Shown here in pieces: positions 16,403 through 24,105 of a DNA stretch of 32,000 nt. A model generated the notes under the pieces. It did not search any database. It had not been told where the DNA came from and was given only the letters and a program-made list of their open reading frames with translations. Origin of the DNA: Nitrosopumilus maritimus SCM1 (lineage in GTDB: Archaea > Thermoproteota > Nitrososphaeria > Nitrososphaerales > Nitrosopumilaceae). Within the stretch, counting starts at the first letter, position 1, and every line of letters starts with the position of its first letter. The stretch spans positions 1,290,001 through 1,322,000 of the forward strand of contig NC_010085.1 of assembly GCF_000018465.1 (NCBI RefSeq). Reading direction: 5' to 3'. The translations under genes and the position numbers were made by a program.

Positions 16403-18189
16403 TTTAACATCAACTGTTTTCGCAAAAGAACGATAGGCAACATGGACAATAGTAAGACAAACATCATTACAGTTTGGAATTCAGGAACTGCTTTTGCAAA
16501 TGTCATTATTTCAAAATTATTCTCTCTGAGATACACTAGTGATAAACCATCAGGACTAATCACAAAGGTATCAGGTCTGTCGTTGTTATATCCCAAAATT
16601 ATTTCATGATATGAGCCATCTGTACTAATGATATGAAGTGTTCCTCCAGGAGCCCCACGTCCGCAAGAAGATACACCATAAACTATCATCTCACCATCAG
16701 GAGTCCATTTTGAAGGATGACCACATTTTACTTGACTATTTGGGATTTCTACTACATTACCTTCTGGAGTATAATATGCCAAAACTCTATCTGCCCATCC
16801 ATAGCTAGATTCAATGGTCTTGTGGAATAGGATCTTTTTTCCATCAGGACTGATATCAAAATGATGTAATTCATCGCCAGAAATCAATTCATGTGCATTA
16901 TCTACGCTGTTTTCTTCTCCATTTCCAATATCCAACAATATGGAGCCCTGTTCAGACGGATCATCATAATATGATTCTCTATCCAACGATATTACTATAG
17001 AGTATTTTTCAGGGTCTTCTTCATAATAGTGGTAATAATCAAAATTTACCCATTCAGAAAAATTCGTGAGTTTCAAAACATGTGATGTTTCAATATCATA
17101 TTGGAACAAATTTCCCTCATTGGCTACAAAATGAATGTATTTTCCATCAGGAGAGAATTTTGCAGCACGAATCTTTTCATCAGTTTCCAAAAGCGTTGGA
17201 ATATTCAAAGTTGTAATTTCATAATCATCAGTGGAAAGTATACCAAGATAGGGTGTGATGGAATCTTCAGTTTTTTGCAAGTAATATGAAAACAATATAG
17301 ATTTGCCATCATTACTCCAATCCAAAAGATACATGCTTTGCATACGATTAGGTTTTGGGATTTTCTCTACTGTTCCTTGAAAAAGAGATTCTTTTACAAG
17401 ATATGTGATAGAATGACTAGTACTCTCATACAAGATTTCATTTTCCATCCAAAATGCCTTGACATAAACTGACCATTCTCCAGGAACATGAGCAGATAAG
17501 TTGGCGGTAAAGTTTGTACATGATTTCTTTTCGGGATTAGATGAGGTCATAAATTCTTCCCCATCAGGATTTGTGTAAAATGCTCTAATTTCTACAGATT
17601 CTACTTCTAAAATTTCTTCATCATATGGATGCAAGTAAATAGATTCGTTGTCATTTGATTCTTTGAGAAAATCAGAACATAAAATTCCGTTTAGATGAGC
17701 TGTATTAGATGATACAATCTCAGAATCTTCCATCCAAAGATCAAACTCTTCATCAATTTTTACAACATCACCAACCAAATGTCCAACAAAAAAAGACAAA
17801 TCAAGATGTTTTCTTTTATCCACTATCATCTCAATCGTATATTCACCTATAGAGAAATCATTCAAAATTTCAAATGAAAATGCTATTTTTCCTTCACTGT
17901 CTGAGAAATAATTAGATTCTTGAATTATATCATTTTGAGTATTTTTGATCATCACATGAAATTCAGTGTCAGATGCAGGAAAATGCTCATCTGTCTCTTC
18001 GTTGTAAAAGGATGAAGTGCCTACAACATGTACAGTCTCACCCATACGAAATTTTCTATCATCTTGTAGTTGTTCGTTAAAAATATCAAAATCTGCATCA
18101 AGCCACAATTCTTCAGCAAAAGATTCTGTTGTTATTGGAATTAGTACAAGAGTAAATACAGTAATTATTATGAGAAATCTAGTTTTCAT
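16399..18189 (-). CDS. surface protein: signal peptide + Ig-like region + TolB/PD40-type beta-propeller + PEF-type C-terminal sorting/anchor signal
   Basis: 596 aa with repeated PD40-like blades (FSPDGKYIHF, ISPDGKKILF, WTPDGEMIVY, ISPDGLSLVY). The C-terminus AVPEFQTVMMFVLLLSMLPIVLLRKQLMLK has the pattern motif, TM helix, basic tail. Confidence 0.65.
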   Translation of the reverse strand: MKTRFLIIITVFTLVLIPITTESFAEELWLDADFDIFNEQLQDDRKFRMGETVHVVGTSSFYNEETDEHFPASDTEFHVMIKNTQNDIIQESNYFSDSEGKIAFSFEILNDFSIGEYTIEMIVDKRKHLDLSFFVGHLVGDVVKIDEEFDLWMEDSEIVSSNTAHLNGILCSDFLKESNDNESIYLHPYDEEILEVESVEIRAFYTNPDGEEFMTSSNPEKKSCTNFTANLSAHVPGEWSVYVKAFWMENEILYESTSHSITYLVKESLFQGTVEKIPKPNRMQSMYLLDWSNDGKSILFSYYLQKTEDSITPYLGILSTDDYEITTLNIPTLLETDEKIRAAKFSPDGKYIHFVANEGNLFQYDIETSHVLKLTNFSEWVNFDYYHYYEEDPEKYSIVISLDRESYYDDPSEQGSILLDIGNGEENSVDNAHELISGDELHHFDISPDGKKILFHKTIESSYGWADRVLAYYTPEGNVVEIPNSQVKCGHPSKWTPDGEMIVYGVSSCGRGAPGGTLHIISTDGSYHEIILGYNNDRPDTFVISPDGLSLVYLRENNFEIMTFAKAVPEFQTVMMFVLLLSMLPIVLLRKQLMLK

Positions 18190-19121
18190 TTTCTCCTCTT
18201 CTTTATTGCATAAATTACAATGAATAAAACTATCAACACGGCACCCAGACTCTGGATTATTACAATCACTTCAGGATTTGAGATGGTTTCACCTGTTTGC
18301 AAATCTCTAAAATCAGAAGGTTTTGGTTTTGGTACACACACTCCATCAACTAGAACAGTATTTTCATCTTCACAAAGTGCCTTTGGTTGTTCTGATTGTT
18401 CGCCAGAAAATGGTACGGTGTAAACAGTTCTATCCAAACTTATTCCACTGTTGGTTCTAGTATCCCATTGACAAGTATCAAGATCTATCAAATGAGTGTC
18501 ATTAAGATATCTTAATTTTCCAACATAATCAAGTGGGCCATGTTTTTCACAATGCTCCAAGATGAATTCTAGTCTTTGAGGATCATCAGATTCGGACAGA
18601 CTGATGTCTCTTAGCGGATTTCCCATTGGTTCATCATAACAATTGTATTTCCAGTCAGTAGGGATTTGATTTTTCACTGCTTCTTTGCAATCAAAACTAG
18701 GATTTGATGCATCTAAGGACATTGGAGGAAACCACTTGTCACACATTGAATCATTTCTATAATCTTCTAAACTTGAAAGCCTATAGTCATCTTTCCATTG
18801 CAACATTCGGTAATGGGTCTGACCTTTCCAATCAAATGCAGTACAAATTATTGTTGGATGTTCATAACCCACATCATTATTTGCCCAGTTCCTATCAGTT
18901 TGAATCCAGCCTTGATAATTCGTTTCAAGATTTCTGTAAATCGAATCCATAATCAATTCTTCGGTGAGAGGTTCATGAAATACATGGAAACTGTCAAAAC
19001 AAGGCATAGATTCACCAAATGGTGCTGCAGCACATGCTGCAAATGCATATGACATTGTTGGTAAAACTAGAGAGCCACCAAGAGTCAACAGTCCAGCAAT
19101 TATCAAAAGGCTAGTTTTCAT
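18186..19121 (-). CDS. hypothetical Cys-rich surface protein with C-terminal anchor
   Basis: 311 aa with a signal peptide (LLIIAGLLTLGGSLVLPTMSYAFA), about 10 Cys, a CEDENTVLVDGVCVP motif and the C-terminal SNPEVIVIIQSLGAVLIVLFIVIYAIKKRRK. Confidence 0.55.
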   Translation of the reverse strand: MKTSLLIIAGLLTLGGSLVLPTMSYAFAACAAAPFGESMPCFDSFHVFHEPLTEELIMDSIYRNLETNYQGWIQTDRNWANNDVGYEHPTIICTAFDWKGQTHYRMLQWKDDYRLSSLEDYRNDSMCDKWFPPMSLDASNPSFDCKEAVKNQIPTDWKYNCYDEPMGNPLRDISLSESDDPQRLEFILEHCEKHGPLDYVGKLRYLNDTHLIDLDTCQWDTRTNSGISLDRTVYTVPFSGEQSEQPKALCEDENTVLVDGVCVPKPKPSDFRDLQTGETISNPEVIVIIQSLGAVLIVLFIVIYAIKKRRK

Positions 19122-19716
19122 TTTCTTTCTCCAACCATTTCAATATCTCAAAAATGTGTTCATCAGGAGGAAAAACAGGATAAAACACCTTTATGATTTT
19201 AGAATTTTTTACAATTAGTGTAAGTCGTTTATACAATGTATTTCCATCAACTGCAAAGACAGGAACATTGAGTTTCTTTTGAAATTCGAGTTTGTTATCA
19301 GATACCAGAATTTGTGAAAAATTCCTTAATGTAGACAACTGCTCTAGATCTGCAATTGGTTGTGAAGAAATTCCAATTGGCATGGCATCATGTTTTTCAA
19401 GTTCAATGATATGTTTGGTAACCGAAATATTTTGAGGTGTGCATCCACGTGCACCTGGAATATCATTCCATCCTTGGGGCAAGTCTTTTTCCGGCATATT
19501 CATCATTGGGAAAAAATACAAGATTCCATATTTTTTCTCAATTGCAGATAAATCAAAAAAACTGTTTTTAGTTGAAGGTAAAATGAGGTTTGGAATTTGT
19601 CTTCCTAAGAGATGAGAGGCCTTACCATCATTTTTTGGTATGGGAAGATCGTGTGGAAGTTTAGTAAGTTTGTCGTTCATTTTTAAAATAAAATTATTAA
19701 TGTTGTTCAGAATCAC
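19111..19716 (-). CDS. peroxiredoxin-like (AhpC/TSA, BCP-type) thioredoxin-fold protein
   Basis: 201 aa. ILYFFPMM...IPGARGCTPQ carries the peroxidatic-Cys context of AhpC/TSA proteins. There is no signal peptide. The start may instead be the internal Met at 19680. Confidence 0.65.
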   Translation of the reverse strand: MILNNINNFILKMNDKLTKLPHDLPIPKNDGKASHLLGRQIPNLILPSTKNSFFDLSAIEKKYGILYFFPMMNMPEKDLPQGWNDIPGARGCTPQNISVTKHIIELEKHDAMPIGISSQPIADLEQLSTLRNFSQILVSDNKLEFQKKLNVPVFAVDGNTLYKRLTLIVKNSKIIKVFYPVFPPDEHIFEILKWLEKENEN

Positions 19717-20107
19717 CTACAAGACCAAAACTATTCTTGTCTTGGTCATAAACAGTACACATTATTCCTCCCCAAACTTGTTTTTCAGGTTTTGTAATTT
19801 CAACTCCCTTTGATTGAAGTTCATGATATGTCTCATCAATGTTTTTTGTGAAAAACCAAATCCCAGTTGGAGTACCAATTTTCAAATCTAGTTTTGTTGA
19901 TTTTTTTTCAGACCATTTCTCAACATTGACAGGATCTGCCAAGCTCAGTACGGTTTTAGAGTTTGGTGGTCCTACCACTATCCATCGAAATCCTGCAACA
20001 TCTGTATCTAATTTTGATTCAAATCCTAGTTTCTCAGTGTAGAAATCCAAGGCTTTTTGTTGATCAGAGACCATTACAGTCATACCTTCAATTTCATCAA
20101 TCATCAT
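19697..20107 (-). CDS. VOC-family protein (glyoxalase/bleomycin-resistance/dioxygenase fold)
   Basis: 136 aa. The pattern MVSDQQKALDFYTEKLGF ... E.YHELQSKGVEI...P....WGG....V.D.D.N.F.LV is typical of VOC proteins. Confidence 0.75.
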   Translation of the reverse strand: MMIDEIEGMTVMVSDQQKALDFYTEKLGFESKLDTDVAGFRWIVVGPPNSKTVLSLADPVNVEKWSEKKSTKLDLKIGTPTGIWFFTKNIDETYHELQSKGVEITKPEKQVWGGIMCTVYDQDKNSFGLVGDSEQH

Positions 20108-20203
20108 AAAAAATCAATAATTGAGACTCATAAAGTATTCGTATCCTTGACACTTTCTAGTAACATTATACCTTCATATAGTATGAGTATTAACTAAGAG
20201 AAA

Positions 20204-20410
20204 ATGGGTTTAACTGCATGCAAAAACAAATGTCACACATTTGAGAAAGAAGCAAAGCCTACAGCCTATGAAAAAGGAGGATGTTATTGCAATAACTGTG
20301 ATTACTATTTCAAAGAAAGATTCCTCAGATGTCCCTGCTGCAATACCCGTACTCGTTATTCAAATCGCTCAAACAGAACTAGACGAGATGCAGAAGTAGT
20401 TCGAATGTAA
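20204..20410 (+). CDS. small Cys-rich zinc-finger protein with Arg-rich tail
   Basis: 68 aa with CKNKCH, CYCNNC and CPCC clusters and a C-terminal RTRYSNRSNRTRRD. It is transcribed divergently from the VOC-led gene chain. Confidence 0.45.
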   Translation: MGLTACKNKCHTFEKEAKPTAYEKGGCYCNNCDYYFKERFLRCPCCNTRTRYSNRSNRTRRDAEVVRM

Positions 20411-20428
20411 AAACAAATCTTAGTAAGA

Positions 20429-21712
20429 TCACTTGTCTTCTTTTGGAAGAGAAATTGTAATTCTTGTAGGATTGTTATTTGCAGTAATACTTCCATTATG
20501 GGATTCAATTATTGTTTTACAACTATACAGACCTAGTCCTGTACCTTGTTGTTTTGTGGTAAATAATGGATCAAATATTTTTTTCAGATTTGTTTCGGGT
20601 ATGGGTTCTCCAGAATCCTGAATAGTGATGTCATGGTCATTGTTGTTTTCGCTATACAAAATAGTAATTTTTCCTCCAGAACCTAATTTCTGAATTGCAT
20701 TAAGAAGGATGTTGTTGAATACTAAGACAATTTGATCTTTATCACAAGTAATAGAAGGATTTTCAGAGGGTCTTTCAATGGAAATATTTTCAGGAATTAT
20801 TAGTTCTTCAAGTGAAGAATCCAATAGTTCATTCAAAGTAGTTTTTCGGATATTTTTTTCTCGTTTTTTAACAAAAGTCATAACATCATCAATCTGATGG
20901 GTCATTCGCTTTACTGAATGATCGATTTTTTCACAAGTTTGAGCAGTTTTTTCTTCTTGTGTTTGTTTTGAAATTAATGAAACTCCAGCTGCAATTATTG
21001 AAAGAGGATTTCTAAGATCATGTGACAATCTTGCTGTGAGCTCACCAAGTACAGCAAATTTTTCTTGTTCAATGTTTTGTTTAGAGGATTTTGCTACAAT
21101 TATAGAAAAAACAAGTATTGCAAGTGAAAGTAATCCAATTAGAATTAGTATAATTGTATAAACTAGAGAACTTGCTTTGTTGATAGCTTGATTAATTGAA
21201 TCCATTGAGAAATAAAGTTCTATTACGCCTACAGGTTCAGATTGATTCAAGTAAATGGGGACGTAAATTTCCATTAATTGTCCATATCCAGTTTCAGCAA
21301 TATTTTCAGGATCTACTGGATCTTTGATTTCTGATACTAGTTGCCCGTTGATTGAGTTTTGGAATCGAATATTATCTGCAAAATTTTCACCTACAATTGA
21401 ACTGTCATCAGAGTATACTATAGTGCCATCTTTTGACCATACCTTAATTCTGAGTGTATTGTCATTTTCTACACTCTGGAAATAATTCTCAAATGTTGTT
21501 TTTCTTTCATCAAAATTAATTGCTTCAAAGTCGTTCATTGTAAGTTCCTGAGATGCAATAGATTTGATGTACGCTGCATTAGCTCGTTCTGCTTCATGAA
21601 TGGTCATATTACTAATTTCTTCAGATACCAAAATGGAAAAAATTCCACTGGTGATTATGGCCAATATTACAATTATCGCTCCTCCAACAACAATCTTTTT
21701 TGTAATATTCAC
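20429..21712 (-). CDS. membrane sensor histidine kinase (no cognate response regulator nearby)
   Basis: 427 aa arranged as TM1, a ~150-aa extracytoplasmic domain and TM2. It carries an H-box (LSHDLRNPLS), N-box (NNILLNAIQ), G1 (IQDSGEPI) and G2 (GTGLGLYSCKTIIESHNG). Confidence 0.85.
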   Translation of the reverse strand: MNITKKIVVGGAIIVILAIITSGIFSILVSEEISNMTIHEAERANAAYIKSIASQELTMNDFEAINFDERKTTFENYFQSVENDNTLRIKVWSKDGTIVYSDDSSIVGENFADNIRFQNSINGQLVSEIKDPVDPENIAETGYGQLMEIYVPIYLNQSEPVGVIELYFSMDSINQAINKASSLVYTIILILIGLLSLAILVFSIIVAKSSKQNIEQEKFAVLGELTARLSHDLRNPLSIIAAGVSLISKQTQEEKTAQTCEKIDHSVKRMTHQIDDVMTFVKKREKNIRKTTLNELLDSSLEELIIPENISIERPSENPSITCDKDQIVLVFNNILLNAIQKLGSGGKITILYSENNNDHDITIQDSGEPIPETNLKKIFDPLFTTKQQGTGLGLYSCKTIIESHNGSITANNNPTRITISLPKEDK

Positions 21713-21779
21713 AAGTTGGATGAAGTATGAAAGTAATTAACCATTATTTTCTCAATAAGGTTTGGATTGATTTTCTAGT

Positions 21780-22781
21780 TTATAGTGGAGAAATAGGGAA
21801 AGGAGCTTGCATAAATGTCAAAAATGCAACAGAATTCATAATTATCCACCAATACAAAATTCTCAAGATAGACATTTTGTCAGCATAACGATTAGTCAAT
21901 GTCAAAATTATCCAAGGTAGTACATTAATTGCAATATACCCCATCGTTAGATTTCCCGAAGCTAGTGCTACAAGACCAATAGGAATTCCGAGCAGTCCAA
22001 CAGAAAGGAAATATCCTGAAAATCCATAAAAGTAAATTTTTACGATATCAAAAAGACTTGCAGGATCACATCTAGTATCATTACAGGTCACCATACCATA
22101 CAACATTATGAGTATGGGGAATGCAATTACAACAGATATTGCAGAAATTCTCAAATGTTTTTCTTTGATAAAATTCCCACTTGATAGAGAGTGTGGATTT
22201 TGATTGTCGTTCTTTGTTTTTCGTTTATTTGAAGTAACTAGCATAATCAAACCAATATTAATTCCAGCTCCAATGCTTATCAACAAAATGTAGAGCAGAC
22301 TAGAAACTAGTTGTTGTTCATCTGTAAGTCCAGTTTGTTTTCCAGGATGACATACACCATCTATCAGATAGTTTCCTTTACCACATGCAAGTTCATCTTC
22401 AGGAGTAGGAGTCGGAGCAATTTCCAAAATTGCAACATATTCAGATTTTTCTGTGTGTGGTGGCCATGGTTGTATATCCATCACTCTAATTTCATATTGT
22501 TTTACGTATGATGTTGATTTTTCAAGAGTCATGTAGCTAGTGGTGTAAAGTGTACCACGATCCATTTCGATTATTACAGTCACTTGTTCACGTGAACATT
22601 CTCCATCAACAGGACAACGAGAGGTATCAACATCAGAAAAATGGATTTGGATGCCATCAAAATCAATTGTTTCATCAAACCCGATTTCAATCATCTGTAT
22701 TTGTCCAAACACTTGAGAAGATGCAATTGCTGGATGTAATAGTAAAACGAGTCCAAAAATTACTAAAAGTTTGGTTTTCAT
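21780..22781 (-). CDS. hypothetical membrane protein: signal peptide + ectodomain + C-terminal multi-TM domain
   Basis: 333 aa. The N-terminal secreted domain has a CPVDGEC pair, then a TPTPEDE linker, a CGKGNYLIDGVCHP motif and about 5 TM helices. Confidence 0.5.
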   Translation of the reverse strand: MKTKLLVIFGLVLLLHPAIASSQVFGQIQMIEIGFDETIDFDGIQIHFSDVDTSRCPVDGECSREQVTVIIEMDRGTLYTTSYMTLEKSTSYVKQYEIRVMDIQPWPPHTEKSEYVAILEIAPTPTPEDELACGKGNYLIDGVCHPGKQTGLTDEQQLVSSLLYILLISIGAGINIGLIMLVTSNKRKTKNDNQNPHSLSSGNFIKEKHLRISAISVVIAFPILIMLYGMVTCNDTRCDPASLFDIVKIYFYGFSGYFLSVGLLGIPIGLVALASGNLTMGYIAINVLPWIILTLTNRYADKMSILRILYWWIIMNSVAFLTFMQAPFPISPL

Positions 22782-22783
22782 TT

Positions 22784-23017
22784 TCAGGTCACAGAAATAT
22801 ATTCAATTTTTTCGCCACAAAAAGGACAAAAATCAATTGGAACATAGTTCTCATTTTCAACTATAGAATATTTTCCAATCTTTCCATTCCAGGATTTTAC
22901 TGATGAGACATATTTTGATAATTTTTCACAGCAAAAGTCAGAACTGCTGTTAAATTTTAATTCAGAAAATGAGACATATTCAAAAGCCTGAATTTCTTTA
23001 CGAAAATATACTTGCAA
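22784..23017 (-). CDS. small hypothetical protein with C-terminal CPFCG knuckle (TTG start)
   Basis: 77 aa with FCCEKL ... CPFCGEKI (4 Cys). Its stop lies 2 nt upstream of the start of the 333-aa gene (ATG 22779-22781). The ORF has no internal Met. Confidence 0.35.
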   Translation of the reverse strand: MQVYFRKEIQAFEYVSFSELKFNSSSDFCCEKLSKYVSSVKSWNGKIGKYSIVENENYVPIDFCPFCGEKIEYISVT

Positions 23018-23083
23018 TGTTTTTAGCTGAAATTACGAAGTTCATAAGTACTTCGAATATTTGCTCAACTTGCAGGGATTTAA

Positions 23084-23464
23084 TTACCATTTGAGTGGGC
23101 AGTTATCTAAAATGTCTCGAGGGAGAGGATTTGAAACTACACAAAGCGTATCACCATCACCACTCCATGCCTTCAGAACAATACGATCTTTTTCCAAAAT
23201 CAAATCAACATATGTGTCACCGTTTTTTGCAGAATATTTGTATGGAATTCCTTTTGAATCATAGAATTCAGAAATCTCACGGTCTGAATATTTTCCTTTG
23301 AACGTATCAATTAGTTCTGCTGTTCGTAGTGTATCATCTAATTGCAACTCATTAGAAAGAGATTGGTTTTGAATCAGAGTAATCATCAAAGCCACACCAA
23401 GAACTACAACAATTCCAATTAACACCAAATTCAAGGTATTCACAATATAGTTTAACATCATCAC
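23084..23464 (-). CDS. hypothetical N-terminally anchored protein
   Basis: 126 aa with one TM helix (LVLIGIVVVLGVALMITLI) followed by a soluble domain. Confidence 0.45.
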   Translation of the reverse strand: MMMLNYIVNTLNLVLIGIVVVLGVALMITLIQNQSLSNELQLDDTLRTAELIDTFKGKYSDREISEFYDSKGIPYKYSAKNGDTYVDLILEKDRIVLKAWSGDGDTLCVVSNPLPRDILDNCPLKW

Positions 23465-23499
23465 AAGAGTTTAATTGTTCATTTTGTGTTTTTCAAAAC

Positions 23500-23571
23500 G
23501 GTACTCTGGCAGAACGGTTATGCGTGGGCCTGCAAAGCCTATACAAGGGGGTTCGACTCCCTCGGGTACCT
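23500..23571 (+). tRNA. tRNA-Cys (anticodon GCA)
   Basis: Manual cloverleaf: acceptor GGTACTC/GGGTACC (one G-U); D arm GCAG-AACGGTT-ATGC (G13:A22 mismatch); anticodon stem TGGGC/GCCTA with loop CTGCAAA; T arm GGGGG-TTCGACT-CCCTC; discriminator T. No CCA is encoded. Confidence 0.85.
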
Positions 23572-24030
23572 TTATTCTACAATAACTTGTCCTTCCATCC
23601 AAGGATGCAAGGTGCAATAGTAATCAATAGTTCCTGGCTCATCAAAGGTTAGCGTATAGGAATCAAATGGATCCATGTGTCCGCTATCAAAAAGATCTTG
23701 TGGTGCATCATAGAATCCAGAAGTTACACTGTGAAATGCTGAATCCTCATTTACCCACGTTACAGATTCTCCTGCACTAATTGTAATTACAGATGGAATG
23801 TAGCATCTGTCAGTTTCTTCACATCCAGGTCGTGAGACTTTGGTTGGCATGATAACATCGCCTCCAGTCATAACATCAGGTTGTATGACTCCTTGCATGG
23901 AATGAGAGGAGACAGCGTTTGATTCAGGTTGCGGTTCTGGCTGTGGTTCCATCTCAGTTGAAAAAGCAACAGCAAGGGACACAATGATTACTATACCAAC
24001 TATGCTTGCTGCAGCAATTTTTTTTATCAA
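23572..24030 (-). CDS. membrane-anchored plastocyanin/azurin-family blue copper protein (cupredoxin)
   Basis: 152 aa with an N-terminal anchor, a PQPEPQPE linker and type-1 Cu ligands (FHSVT ... YYCTLHPWM, giving H, C, H, M). Confidence 0.85.
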   Translation of the reverse strand: MIKKIAAASIVGIVIIVSLAVAFSTEMEPQPEPQPESNAVSSHSMQGVIQPDVMTGGDVIMPTKVSRPGCEETDRCYIPSVITISAGESVTWVNEDSAFHSVTSGFYDAPQDLFDSGHMDPFDSYTLTFDEPGTIDYYCTLHPWMEGQVIVE

Positions 24031-24077
24031 ATCATTTCACACCCAAAACTAAGTTATTACATAATTACCAAATTCTC

Positions 24078-24087
24078 TAAATATATA
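24078..24087 (+). promoter_or_regulatory. candidate TATA box upstream of the AIPR gene
   Basis: AAATATATAA is centred about 23 nt upstream of the TTG start at 24106. This is compatible with an archaeal promoter and a leaderless or very short leader. It is sequence pattern only. Confidence 0.35.
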
Positions 24088-24105
24088 ACATACTAGAAAA
24101 GTAAA

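Noticed and set aside
21780-22781. The 333-aa multi-TM protein as the missing archaeosortase for the PEF-type tails
   Set aside because: It has a large secreted N-terminal domain and about 5 TM helices, and I could not recognise a Cys/Arg/His catalytic signature. Nothing supports the assignment.
22550-22903. A 117-aa + strand ORF, plus other antisense track ORFs (for example 1688..2033, 7354..7584, 18704..19052, 28189..28449, 29309..29614, 30128..30745)
   Set aside because: Each lies antisense to, or out of frame with, a longer gene that has recognisable motifs or membrane topology. Long spurious ORFs are expected in AT-rich DNA.
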